Shown one piece after another: positions 52,022-64,000 of a stretch of 64,000 nucleotides of DNA (its first letter is position 1; each line of letters begins with the position of its first letter). The notes below the pieces were generated by a model. It was not told the origin of the DNA and did no database searches. It was given only the letters and a program-made list of their open reading frames with translations. The position numbers and the translations under genes are program-made. The DNA is from Lingula anatina (taxonomy: Eukaryota > Animalia > Brachiopoda), in the NCBI GenBank assembly GCA_051362555.1, contig CM120642.1, forward strand, positions 5,828,001-5,892,000, read 5' to 3'.

Positions 52022-55000
52022 TTAATCCCAAGCATATTTAGAAGTTACTGTGTTAAAAGTGTTAGAGATGGGGAGTGCTGAATACTGCACATCCAATGGA
52101 GGGTAGAAGAAACAGGGACAGAGAGTACCCGCCCATCTCCCAGGGGATTCATTCCAATTGGAACTGTCGTTCTAATTAGATCGATCCAACTCGCTAAATG
52201 CAATCAGATAAACAGATGAATACAACATCCTCAATCCGACTTTAAAAGCATGCCTAAACTGCCGTGCTATACAAAAAAAATTATTAAATATATATTTTTC
52301 AGCTATAAAGAAAAATAGTTGTTCATCTGCAAAACGGTGTTTGAACCATCTCACGGGCAGAAAGCAGTTAAAAGGATAGTGTGAAGAAGATTAAAAAGCA
52401 TTTCTAGAAAAATGTGAATGAGCACTCCAATTGTGTGATCACACAAAAACCCTTTGTAATTTTAAGAATTATAGTCCTTGTGTTCCTTATGCTAGAAAAA
52501 AATCAGAAAACCCAGCTGATTTCATTCCGACTGAATTTACATAGATTATCTTCTTATCATATATCCCAGGGGTAAATATGGGGCACTTTATAAGTTTTGA
52601 ATGTTTATTTTGTGAAACAAGAACTAAATTCTACCGCTGTAATTTTTCGTGACAATTTCCGTTCAGTATCGCTCCCTTCCCAAGTGAGATAAACGCAGAT
52701 AAAAAGGCAGTTCTGTAGTTTTCAGCTGCTACAAAGGATCATATCTGCGTAATTGGTACGTTCGCGCTGGGAAAAGATATGAATAACCAACGCAATTTCA
52801 TTCACGCTATCTGAAATTTGAAATGACAGTATAGTGTAAATCCATTTATCAGATTAATTTACAGCACTAATAATGCTCTTTACCATAACAGTTTGGCTTG
52901 TAGTACTTTTGGAAATATGTAAAAATTGTTTTGATATTTCATGTGTTAAAATGCAGTCGACCTGATAATCCGATACAATTTTTTTAAATTGTTCTTTGAA
53001 AAAATACGGTAAATTGCTCATAACTCATCACTTTTAATTTCGAATTATCGTGTCTCCAATAAATCCTGGGAAACAACTGATATTAATATGAATCAATTAT
53101 AACGTGAACAAATTTCCCGGTCCCATAGCGTTCGAGTTATGAGGAGTCTACTCTATATATACATGTATATTCAACAAACCATACTTTACCTTACAGGTTA
53201 TTACAGCAAACGGGGCTCCAATTGTTGCTTTTGACCGCATGGCAACCAATGGCGTCATTCATGTTATAGACAAAGTCATGATGCCCATTGGAACCGGAGA
53301 CGTCTTTGAGGTGGTTGCCAATGACTTCAACTTTTCCACCTTAGTGTCGGCTTTGTCCAGGACAAATCTAGTATTTGCTCTTAAAGGTATGCATGCATGC
53401 GTGCGTGCATGTGTTATATATTCCTTTAATAACGTACTTAAGTTGGAGTAATCTTTGCAAATTAGCAAAATAATTATAATAATAAATTAATTAATAAAAT
53501 AAAATAGAAACAAAATAAAAATAGAAATAAATTTTAAAATAGAAAAATAAATAATCCCCTTTAAAGGAGTTTTTCGCCGTGCTACTTTTGAAAATTCAAT
53601 GGCATTTTCTTTCAAGTTAATGCTTTCTATCTTTCGTGAATGTCGTCGGACTTATTTTCAGAGTGTACAAATAATCCAAATATAACATAATAATAATTCT
53701 TTGAATATACCCTCCATTTTTCCGTAGAACCGGGTCCATTCACGTTGTTCGCACCAACAAACGACGCGTTCAACAACCTCCCCCCGGGCTTGCTGAATGC
53801 ACTCATGTCCGACATGAACGCGTTGACGGAGGTTCTCAAGTACCACGTGGTATCAGGTACCGGATACAGTGCAGGGTTTTCGAATGGGCAAATGGTCGAC
53901 ACGATGGTACCAGGAAAAGCTTCTAGGGTCACCATATATGGTCCCAATGGTGAGTAAGCTAAGTTGTGCGAATAATTAGCATATATTTGAAAGATATGTG
54001 TTCATTTAAGCAGAATTGGAAATGACTGAAATACGCTAGATATCTTATTGTTGGCTATAACTTGGATATAGGGGGCAAGCAGTCAGCAACTGTAATCCCT
54101 TTCAATTGAACATTCTAAAGGTCTGTTGTACAAAAATGTTTGGAGACAAAACTGTTAGAAGCCGACACATCTAATATATATGTTATCATGTGTTCTAAAT
54201 TCTGTCAAATTATGCCACAATTACATGTATAACATGATAGTTTTTGCAATTTCACGTGACATTTAATCCTTTCATCAAAAATATTTATGTTTACCATAGA
54301 TTTAATAATTTGCTAACCCATCTTTAGATGTATTATAAAGGGGTGGATATGCGTCACTTTCGGCACTGATTGTCTGGGCATTTTTGTAGCGGCGAAATCG
54401 AGTATTTTCAAATGGTAATTTCAACTTTGAAAAGATCATAAAATTTTGAGTTGCGCATATATATTTGGCCGTTTGCATACAGGTTCCTTTTTGTCACAAT
54501 TCAATAAAATGGCTTGGGCTGTATAGTGAAATATTGGCAGAATTACAAAACAACATTTACCATAGGATTAAAAGTTATTTCTCGTCGCCTATCTGTAACG
54601 TGAAGAGAGTCCCCCGTGACAGAGAGTCCGCCTCCCATTCATTTGTACAAAATCGCCCTAGATTTTGACCTACCTAGGTCAGGCTAACCCTAACCATTGT
54701 AACTAAATAGAGGGCGGGCTTCCTACGGACCCTCAGTTTCGTTATGTACACCGGCCAACTGCAGGCCTACCCAACTACCAGACTCGGCACCTAAGGATCC
54801 TGAATTAACCGGTATATCGGACCACACTACCCGTTTTCAAGGTGTGTGTCAGCTCGTATTTCGGAGTATCATACCCAGAACAAATTTTGTAGGACGACTG
54901 CGAGCTCATCCACGCTCGACTGAACAACCTGAAACAGTACTCTTACTTAAGTGTACTCTATTTCATTGTCTCTATGGGGGTATATGGGGACTTTACGACA

Positions 55001-56849
55001 TTCGGTTTGAATGTTTTAACCACTTTTGATAGGGCTATTTTGCATTGTATTAGATTAAGTCTAAGTCTAAGGTTCAACTAGGTGGCTTTCAAATTTATGC
55101 ACCCGGTTTTAAAATCATATAGCGATTAAATACGACAATCGTTTACTATCCAATCAAGGTGACAGCCGAGCGTGGGCTCATCCTGTCGGTGTTCTGACTG
55201 ATACTCCGAAATGCGATCTGACACACACCTTGAAAACGGGTAGTGTGGTCCGATATACCGGTTAATTCAGGATCCTTAGGTGCCGAGTCTGGTAGTTGGT
55301 TAGGCCTGAACTGGGTCGATTAGTTGTCATGAAGTCTCATGCTATCCCAAGCTTCCTGGTTAACCGTAGCCACTTATCTCTTCATCACACGGCGTGCAGT
55401 AATTCTTCAGATGCCCTTTGCGATAACTCGAAAAAGCACTAGTACCAATGCAAAGCGGGTGCAAAAGCAAATTTAAATAAGGAGAGTAAAATCACATTTT
55501 ATTTAGAAAAAATTGTTATTATCGGAAAGTAAGTAAGGGGCCATGTCGTACGTGTCGATCCGCAACCTGTGAAGCTTGATCGCCTATCATTTTATCTTGA
55601 GACCGTGAGTATTTTTGATGATAGCGAATGTTTAATACATAGGTTTCAAGTCTGAGAATGATATAATAAAAGACCCCGGTGTGACAAAATAGAGGGTCGG
55701 TTCATTCTCCATTAAATTCATACCGGTTGGGGTAAGCACGACGGTGGCGTAAGTGGGTGAAAATCAAGGGCGGCTCTCTCCTAGGCAAAGCTACGTGAAC
55801 CCGATTCTCTGTCGAAAAGAGACTTTCTGGTACGTGATACCGGGGTAAAGTCAGGTGTGACAGGGTGACAGGAATGTTAGTCCTAGGAATGGAAGTCCGG
55901 GGTCTCGAATGATTAGTACAGGTTCGGTTTAGTCGTAGTATTGGGATAAGTATATGGGACAGATGTCACCTGTACAAAGTAATGGGGAACGGACTACGAT
56001 TCCTAGCTAGCGGACTACCATTCCCGTCACAGCGGCAGTTAAAAACATCGCATTCGGGCTGCAGATAATTGTGCTGAATTTGCTCTTCTATCGCATTTAA
56101 CTTTTGGTTGCGTTCCTCTTGTAACCAGGCTTTATTTCTAACCCCGGATACTAACATACGATGCTATAGCGATATTTCTCTGTTGACGGTATTGAGGAAA
56201 GATCAATTTATCTATAATCTATTGAAACTTTTCCAGGTGATACTAATGACATTGATACTCATGGCACTCTTTTTAATTTCAATTTTTTTCGATCAAAGAC
56301 CTCCTTTCTGTTTGAAACACTATTTGGTACTTTTTTTTCATATCGAGATAATCATGTATGAAGCATAAAAGCCATGTTGTGAGAAATGCACTGTTATCAA
56401 ACCCTAGACTTTTTTCTGTTTCTTCATATTTAATTTCAGATTCAGATCAGATTGCAGGGTCTGAGATGTAGATTCATGTTTTAATAATAAATTCGAAAAG
56501 CAGTGATCCCACCTGCGGGTGCGTATATGTGAATCTGAGCTTTCGTGTATTTGCGCGTGTGAGCCTGTACATGTGTTTGTGGGCACACTTCTGCGTGTGC
56601 GTGATTATTGAGGCATTTGTAGGATTTTCTTTTACTCGACATCGATTCATATCGTTATTCGTACAGGGAACTTTCGTCTCCATTACAGGGCCTGTGAGAA
56701 TCAATGGTGCCCGGGTCCTCAAAATAGACATCCCAGCCAGCAATGGTGTCGTGCACGTCATCGACACGGTGCTGGTCCCCCCGCGCCTTGTCATAGAGGG
56801 CCACAACCACGACGACGGCAACACGATGCTACGGGCGCCACCTGTCTAA
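50278..56849 (+). CDS. Secreted protein: Y/Q/T/G/P-rich repeat region with an OCRE-like module + 2x FAS1 (isoform with proximal terminal exon, ~616 aa)
   Basis: TATAAA at ~50180. Exons 50278-51340 (signal MQKASRQLTILVSLIFGSHVLSATA; (QYTTPTGQYNP)n), 51765-51979 (TLFIPTDAAF...YHVV), 53197-53386 (ATNGVIHVIDKVMMP), 53728-53949 (TLFAPTNDAF...YHVV) and 56689-56849 (ASNGVVHVIDTVLVP...stop). Confidence 0.88.
50868..51213 (+). repeat. 33-nt coding tandem repeat (TGQYNPQYTTP)n, about 10 units
   Basis: ACAGGACAATATAACCCACA(A/G)TATAC... recurs every 33 nt. Confidence 0.92.
54762..55308. mobile_element. MITE with ~110-bp TIRs and a 5-bp TSD (hAT-like CAG termini) in intron 4 of the second FAS1 gene
   Basis: CAGGCCTACCCAACTACCAGACTCGGCACCTAAGGATCCTG...TCGGAGTATCA (54762-~54871) is inverted at ~55199-55308. 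AACTG flanks both ends. Confidence 0.85.
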
Positions 56850-57854
56850 AGCCCGCGCCTGCGCGATACTAACCGCGGTTACACACAGTGAATTGAACCA
56901 TCATTGAACCAGAAATGCACGTTTTAAATTAATGATGGTTTAATCTGAGCAGTCGTTACATTAGTGCGCGGTTAGGAATTAATGAAGAAAAATTGATGTT
57001 GTCATGATTGCACCAAGTTTTTTTATGAAATTCTGTCAAGATTATGTGTCATCTGGTTAACCTTGTGTTTATAAACTGTGTGTAGACGCGTTGATAGTGA
57101 ACAGTCGTTTTTATTTCTTTTTAGGATAGATATGCAGTCAAACGGCCAAGCTAACATGCGTAGATTTTTTTCTATTTAACATAAGACTACATATACTTTC
57201 TTTTTTAATTGTAGGTATTGTTTCTCTTTGTTGTAATGCAGACTATGTATTCCAGAAGAATTAGATTAAGTTTCGCGCTTTTGAAACCTTTTTAACCACT
57301 TAACGCTTTAGGAGCTCACTAACCAACAACATGTGTATAACACTGGTACAGGTCGGCAGTTCGTCTTTGTCTACATATACTAAGTAACACTGTTGCATAC
57401 ATGTATCTTACCTAACAGAAGTGTTTTAGACATGTGTTTTATCCGATAGGAACATGTTGACTCAGATGATGCAGGATACTAGCAGTCGTGTATACGGCAT
57501 AACGTCATCCGGGCTCTTGAAGCAGTTTGCTTTGAACAAAAAATAATCACTACATCTTTTCAAGATATTTCATCCCAACGAGAAAGAAATTGAGAAAAAA
57601 TAGCAAAGGAATGAAAAAGAGAAAAACTTGATACGCAGGATCTCTCTTTAATATCTATCCATGTACGAATATACTTCTTAAGCTGAAAATAAATGCCAAA
57701 CCACCATTTCCTAATCGTCTGCTATATCCTAGACGCCGAGCAACATCCACTTAGTGCTAATTTTTTGATAATATTTAGTTGTCTTATAGATGGCATGTAC
57801 TTAGTCTATTTGACTAATCTAATGTGTGGCGTTTTCGTTTCTCCGCCGTTCCAG

Positions 57855-58015
57855 GCCCATATCTGATCAACAACGTTCCGATCACAGAGGAGGATCAGCA
57901 CGCTAAAAATGGCGTCGTGCACACCATAGAACAGGTGATGATCCCGCCAAATTTGTACCTAAACCCAAACCCAGACCCCATACAACAGTTGCTCAACATG
58001 GTACCCAGTAAGTGA
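57855..58015 (+). CDS. Alternative (distal) terminal exon of the second FAS1 gene
   Basis: Polypyrimidine tract and CCAG acceptor, phase 1. Encodes GPYLINNVPITEEDQHAKNGVVHTIEQVMIPP...stop (FAS1 H2 motif). Its coding length (161 nt) equals that of the proximal exon. AATAAA at ~58130 and ~58332. Confidence 0.8.
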
Positions 58016-59240
58016 AGCAGGACTGAAAAAGGACGCATATTACTTGTAAGAGCTGGGTTTTAAGATCGAAATCCATTTATTAATTTATTTACTTACTTTT
58101 GAAAGCATCATTCTTTCGAAACTATGTCAAATAAATCATGACTGGTAGATTAGAGGCAAATATGTTACAAACTTTGTTTTAACCATAGAATAACATAGGC
58201 GTGTGTTCACTCATATGTTTAATGGCTAACAGCACCTATTTAACGTATCTTTCAAATGAGGTGTTAGATTTTCTTTTTCATGTGTCTTAGCGATATATCA
58301 AATTGTTTGTTATATGCACATTTGCGTTTGAAATAAAATACTTTGTTTAGTTGATAATAAGTTGTTTTAATCATTATGAATTCCAAAAACAACTTTTGTA
58401 AAAGAAAGCAATATGCCATACGTGCATCTTTCTTTTTCTGTATTCAACATGTTAAACAATGACAAAAACATTGAACATTCACGTTGATACAAAACAGATG
58501 AATTCAAGTATTTAATTGACATCAAGCAAAACAATTTACCAGCCAATTACTTGTGGATAGTATTGTTTATTACGTATTTGTATAATTATTACAAGTAGAG
58601 GAGTGAGTACACTTGGTTTTCTATTCCTTCAACATTAAGAAAATATCCATTCATATCCCACGTTCTAATTGGCACTCGCAACGTAATAAGAAGTGGATTA
58701 ACAGTCAATCAACCATGCCCATTCAAATTTAACTGAGCCTCTAATTGCATTGCTTTTGCACATAGCTGCCATGGTACAATTCGTTATCTATGGGGAAGGG
58801 CGGAAAGAGGGAAAAATGTGAATCATATCAAAACAGAGGGTTATCTACATAGTAAACAGGGTATCAAACATGATCCAATATCCCCGTTACCGAATTAATT
58901 CAGTGGCACATAAGGCTCAATTTCGCTTGACAGTTTAATCCTCCTTGGTGTTGGTAAGATTTAAGCTCATCTGTGTTTCATTTACGCAGAGAAAGTCTAT
59001 CCAGGATCGAAAGACATCATCAAGAATACAGCTTATTGGTGGTTAAATTTGAGAAATCACTGTAGCAGGTAAACTCATCAACTTCTTATTGAAATTGACC
59101 TCCACGAATATTGTGAAAAACAGCATATTGAGTGCGCTTTGATATACTGTCCCCTCTCAAAGATCTAAAAATGCATAAAGCCGTCTTTATTTTTCGCTCA
59201 CAATTTCTTGCGGCATATATAAATGTACAAATCGTGACTT

Positions 59241-62200
59241 TTAAGAGGTTTCGTTTGAGTCCCTTTCTCTTCTGGCGCAGAAAGCCGGCATGTACTCCAA
59301 CCCCTTCTCGTCGGTTCTGGGGGTAGATAGATGGTCATACAAGTGCATTGGACAGAAAGTACCAGTGGGGCAACTGCACATGTACTGCACTGTCAAAGTG
59401 TCGTCTTTTTTTGTATAGACACGCGCGCACTCGCTGGCCGGGCCGCGATGACATGAAGACTGAAATAAAAAAGCAAATGTATTTTCATTGGTTGGTCTGT
59501 TGCTTTGACATCAAGCGCTGATGCAAACTGCAATAGTTTTCAAAACACGTCTACGATCTAAATCGTTTTCATAATAAATGCCAATTGGTGCTTTTATCAT
59601 TTTATCATCAAAAAAGTGCTACTGTGCGATCCTGTACTAGAGGCCTTTAACAGTCTAAAATGGACGCATTTTATTGCTAATTTTTTTCGAAATTGTCCGA
59701 CAGAAATTAATAATGAAGATAAACATTAATTTTACAAAGTTACACGGAAAAAATTAACTGCCACAAAATGAATCATAAACCAAAGGAAGGGTTTCGTTTC
59801 CTTGAGAAAAGGACGTATAATTGATAAACTATATCTTGGTAATTAAAGGGAAAATGTTGAAATTTCCAGAAAAGTAAAATTGGGTTTTACGTGTATAAAA
59901 GTTCCCCAAAGGTTCGTGCCAGCTACATTCCATGACTCAATGTGCAATGACCCGTTTCACAAAAAAAATTCTATGTTGTAAGAGCGTTTCGAATCTTCTC
60001 TTATTGCAATTGGTGGTTGTGTGATTCAGATTCTCTGCCCAGAGATGCTTGCAATAAACGCCAAGAACAAATTCAATAACCCTTTATTTTGATAGTCCCT
60101 AATTGATTTACTCAACCCACTCTGGTGTATATTTTTGTAATGTAAACCTAATGGGGTTGTAAAAACTTTGCAGGAAATCTCTATTGATTAAATCACTCGA
60201 CGGTAGCAACATCAAAACGCCTTCAACAGCCACTTTTGCAATGAAGAAATGCCTTAGCTAGTCAATCTGTTGAGAGATATAGTTTGAAATGAACATTGCC
60301 TTCCCATTTAAAGCAAAAAGGCATTAAAAGTACGTAATATCAACACAATTTCGCCGAAATTAAGTTACAGTTTGCTCCACCTTTTCTCCGTAAAATATTG
60401 GAACACATTAACAGTGATAAACAGTTGATAGTTGTGACGTACTTCAGTTCTTCGTAGACTTAATTTTGTTTTCATGTTATGACATAAATCCTTTAAAAGG
60501 AACACTAAAACGTTTCTACTTGTAAATATTTATGGAGAATTGGGAGGAACGCGAAAAATATCGCTTCGCTTTTAAATGTTGGTCGTCGTCTGTTCCATAA
60601 CTGCATTGCAATGCATATTAAGATCTAACCCTGTTAGGGTAATATAAATTATCAGTTATCAGCTTACTGAGTGTGCTGTCTGATGGCGAATTACATTTTC
60701 ATTGTAGTAAACGTCTAAACGCTCGCGTGGATGAAAACATGATAATTTGAAGGTTTTATGTGTAATTGACAACTGCCAGATATTTATCTTGATGTGTGTT
60801 CAGGATCAAACTTTATGGGCTTACTCGTAAATTACACTTCTCGCTTTGGGGGACCTTGTTTCCCGGAGCATTTCCAGTATATTTTGGCCCCAGTAATGTA
60901 GAACATCTGACAAAACGCCAAGGGCTGGAGTGCGGTCAAGGTTCCTCTCTAAAAAAGCTGCCAATTGGGTTAACAAAAAACATCCACAACACCTGAATAG
61001 ACGATTGGCACGTTGTGACCGACATTTCACGCGAGTTTTCACCGATTGAGTAAACGATTTCTGTTTTACAAGGAATCCTCACTGTAATAAAATTGTTAGT
61101 ATTACATGTTTTTATTAGATAACCGTGCTTGATTTTAGAAAAATTGTGAGCAAATTAACACTAGGTTTTTTTTGCACGGAATATGTATGTTCTATTTCCT
61201 AAGGCGGCGATTTTTTTAAGAATCACAATATTGTCTTATACTCTAATTAATTAATAAAAGCACAAACACGCCTGAAATATTTACTTATGCCCCTCCAAAA
61301 AAATATCAAGTTTATTTAAAAAGATGGGAGGAAAGAAGGTAAGATATAGTCAAAATAAGATGCCGACAATTTCCATACGTTTGACTTGTAAAAAAATTGA
61401 CAATTATTTCTCCCATACAGACATCAGACAAAATAAAGTAAAGGAAATTTGTTCCAGACAGGTAAACTTAATGAGCCGCAGGTAATGTGTAGATTTTACG
61501 GTGCAGCACGGTTGCCAAGACCCAAAATGTGGCTGAATACGACCTTGACCTCTGTTTGTCTCTAGGGTGCCGTTTAGCCATCCCAATCTCGCTTATCTAT
61601 CAAACACTCTTCCATTTTAAACTAGTAATCGTTTACAGTTCCAGTGCCTTTGTGTTTACTCAGCTTGGTATTAACTTTAAAAAAAGAAAGAAAGAAAAGC
61701 GATTATAAAATAAATAGTGTATTCTGTACAGCTCGGTTACCAGGACCCCACATGTGCTTTCATGTGACCTTGACCCCGTTTTAATGTAAATGAGCAAGCT
61801 TACAAAAAGTGGTCTAGACAATAAAGACAGCATGGGTTCCTTATGAAACCCAGATGTTTTTACTCCAACGCACTTGTATTTTCGCGTGTGTTTTTCTTCA
61901 GGGGCAAGACGATCTAATTAGACTAATATGTCTACGACATTCAGTGTAGATAACTTACCAAATTAATTTGAGACAGAAATTTCTGCTCGCAGGTTCGAAA
62001 ATGGAATGCTTTTGTTTTTCAAAAGGATGCACTAAAGGTACATTAAAAAACTGAAACTGATTAAGTGTTGGTTGGCAGTGTTCATAAGATTTGATGAACT
62101 TTTCTATTTCACAGCCAAAATATAACAATTTATGCCTGAGATGCTGCAGATGGTAAATTGGCATTGTAGTATAAATGTGACCGTTGCATTTCATCAATTT

Positions 62201-62810
62201 TTTTTTTCTACTTCATAAAAAAATATGATTTTTGTGTTCAGACAGATGACGAATTTCTTTTAGGAATTGCATAATATGTTTAGATCAGATGCAATGAAGG
62301 CCTAACCAGTCAAGGTTAGGCCAACATAACATGTACACATTTCCAGGAGCTATTAGCATTACCTTCAGCTGTCAGTCAGCTGTTCTATTATGTAATAGTT
62401 CCATAAACACACTAATGACCATGGCAATCACTAATCATTTGCAAAGTAGAAACGTTTTTGTCTAATTTTGACCGTTCGCCGATTTCAACCGGATGACACC
62501 GCTCTCGTGTTTTTAGGTGTGCAAGGGACCAAACTATGTTGTTGAGAAGAATATGGTATTTTGAATGTAACCGAATATTGGGAAAGTCACACAAATCATT
62601 TAAAATGTTTCATCAATGCACCACTCTCTCTTTCTCTCTCTCTCTCTCCTCTCTCTCTCTCTTTGTCTGTGTGTGTGTGTGCTTGCATCTGCAGAAAGGC
62701 AATTGAATACACACACAGAAACAAAAATATGTTGTTGAGAAGAATATGGTATTATGAATGTTATCGAATATTGGGAACGTCACGCAAATGCATTTTAAAT
62801 GTTTCATCGA

Positions 62811-62841
<31 letters not shown>

Positions 62842-63866
62842 TTGTCTATGTGTGTGTGCTTGTATCCGCAAAAAAGGCACTTACACACACACATATCAAC
62901 GCACGCGCGCTATTGCATGCACTCAAACACTCACACAAACGCCAACAAACACTGTCGCGCGTGCGCCCCCACACACACACACACACGCACACACACACAC
63001 ATACACACACACTTTAATACGTGTACCTGTGCGCATGTCAGACCCTGGTACATACTGTCGCCTTTCCTTGCTACATATTTCTGTAACAGGATCTGATCTG
63101 GGTCCTGGCAGTGGCAGTGAACGGCCAATACGCCCCCGGCAAACAGGCTTGCCCCCTCTACTTCCACCGCCGTCTCATCACCCTTACACTCACGACGACC
63201 TTTCTTTAGGGAACAGTAAGAATTTTGCGCGACAAATTTTTGGTCTGAAATAATATTTTGAAACATTTAATAACGTGTTATTTTTGTGCCCAAGTGACAT
63301 TTGTATATATCGATTTTGGAAAATTGTGAAAGCCTTCGTTAACAGTGAGGCAAAATTATACATGTTTCCGTAAAAAGATATATTACTTACTAAGAAAAGA
63401 TGTAGGCACTAAAAAAATAGTGTTTGCAAGGTCAAAATTGCATTGCATTTTTCAGGTTTTAGTCTGTTATTCTTGTTTATGTGTAACATGTATTTATAAA
63501 AAAAATGGAGTTCGACATTTCGTTTACGAGAAGGACCTATTTTTAATAATACTGATAGAGAGATAGTTCTTGCTCTTCAACCTTTGAACATCTTTGCGTC
63601 TATTTTTACATCAATGTTTTGATTTCGTTTGCTAAGTATTTAGACTACGTGTACACAGTTAGTGCGTGCATTTAAGTACATGACTCACCGTTATCCAACT
63701 TCACATACCAGGAGAGCTGGCGATGTTGGGCTTTGGGCTCCCCGGGCGTTGGGCAACCTCGCCAACACGGGCAGAAGTTGCCTTGGGGCTTCAGGAATGG
63801 GATCTCTTGGAGAGAATCGTCACGCATGCGCAATGCTACGCTTGAGTCGCATGGTCCTCGGCATTG
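59241..63866 (-). CDS. Argos/giant-lens-like cysteine-rich protein, 3' part (start lies beyond the right edge)
   Basis: Phase-consistent exons 63689-63866 (QCRGPCDS...FCPCWRGCP...), 63027-63244 (NSYCSLKKGRRECKGDETAVEV...VHCHCQD...YQGLTCAQ) and 59241-59459 (SSCHRGPASECARV...YMCSCPTGTFCPMHL...EYMPAFC...stop). Cys spacing recalls Drosophila Argos (VHCRCP; CQCPKGHRCP...YSGYC). Minus-strand AATAAA at ~59186-59191. Confidence 0.7.
62535..62900. repeat. ~190-bp tandem duplication containing (TC)n/(TG)n microsatellites
   Basis: TATGTTGTTGAGAAGAATATGGTATT...CGAATATTGGGAA occurs at ~62535 and ~62728, each followed by CT and GT tracts. Confidence 0.8.
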
Positions 63867-64000
63867 CTGCAATATGCGATAATATAAATTATAATTACTA
63901 TGATCATGGATCATAATTATGTGAAAATGCAGAGGCAAAGTATACAGTATACATAAAAACTTATGTTTCAAGTTAAAAATAAAAGGTTTTAAAAACAAGA

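Noticed and set aside
54336-56400. Possible larger transposon surrounding the 54762-55308 MITE (AAAGGGGTGGATATG start, TAACCCTAACC motif)
   Set aside because: I found no matching second terminus or TSD, so boundaries cannot be supported.
62412-62534. Possible extra exon of the Argos-like gene
   Set aside because: The phase-0 reading after the AG stops within 7 codons, whereas the 59241-59459 exon continues the Cys pattern cleanly.
62561-63253. 230-aa plus-strand ORF
   Set aside because: Made of microsatellite translation (SLSLSL, HTHTHT) plus the antisense of a real minus-strand exon.

Overview
AT-rich, intron-containing animal genomic DNA, probably from an invertebrate; a mollusc or other lophotrochozoan is an inference from gene and repeat style. 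I assembled gene models by hand from splice signals and exon phase. Left to right: (1) the 5' part of a minus-strand CARD-containing, caspase-2-like gene, head-to-head with (2) a complete 23-coding-exon LRSAM1 orthologue (~725 aa); (3,4) two tandem minus-strand paralogues encoding type-II membrane proteins with a shared 8-Cys, chitin-binding-type-2-like module; (5) a secreted two-FAS1 (fasciclin) protein; (6,7) two intronless, secreted, nearly uncharged G/Q/N/P/Y-rich repeat proteins ending in a homologous Tyr-rich OCRE-like module; (8) a second two-FAS1 protein with a long Y/Q/T/G/P repeat N-terminus that carries the same module, plus two alternative 161-nt terminal exons; (9) the 3' part of a minus-strand Argos/giant-lens-like Cys-rich gene. 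Introns and intergenic DNA hold several non-autonomous DNA transposons (a helentron/HINE-like element with 161-bp arrays, a Harbinger-like element and hAT-like MITEs). The most notable feature is the ~24.6-58 kb cluster of extracellular structural-type genes linked by a shared Y-x-x-x-[TN]-G-x-Y unit, a candidate matrix, adhesive or biomineralisation module. All family assignments are from recalled motifs; no searches were run.
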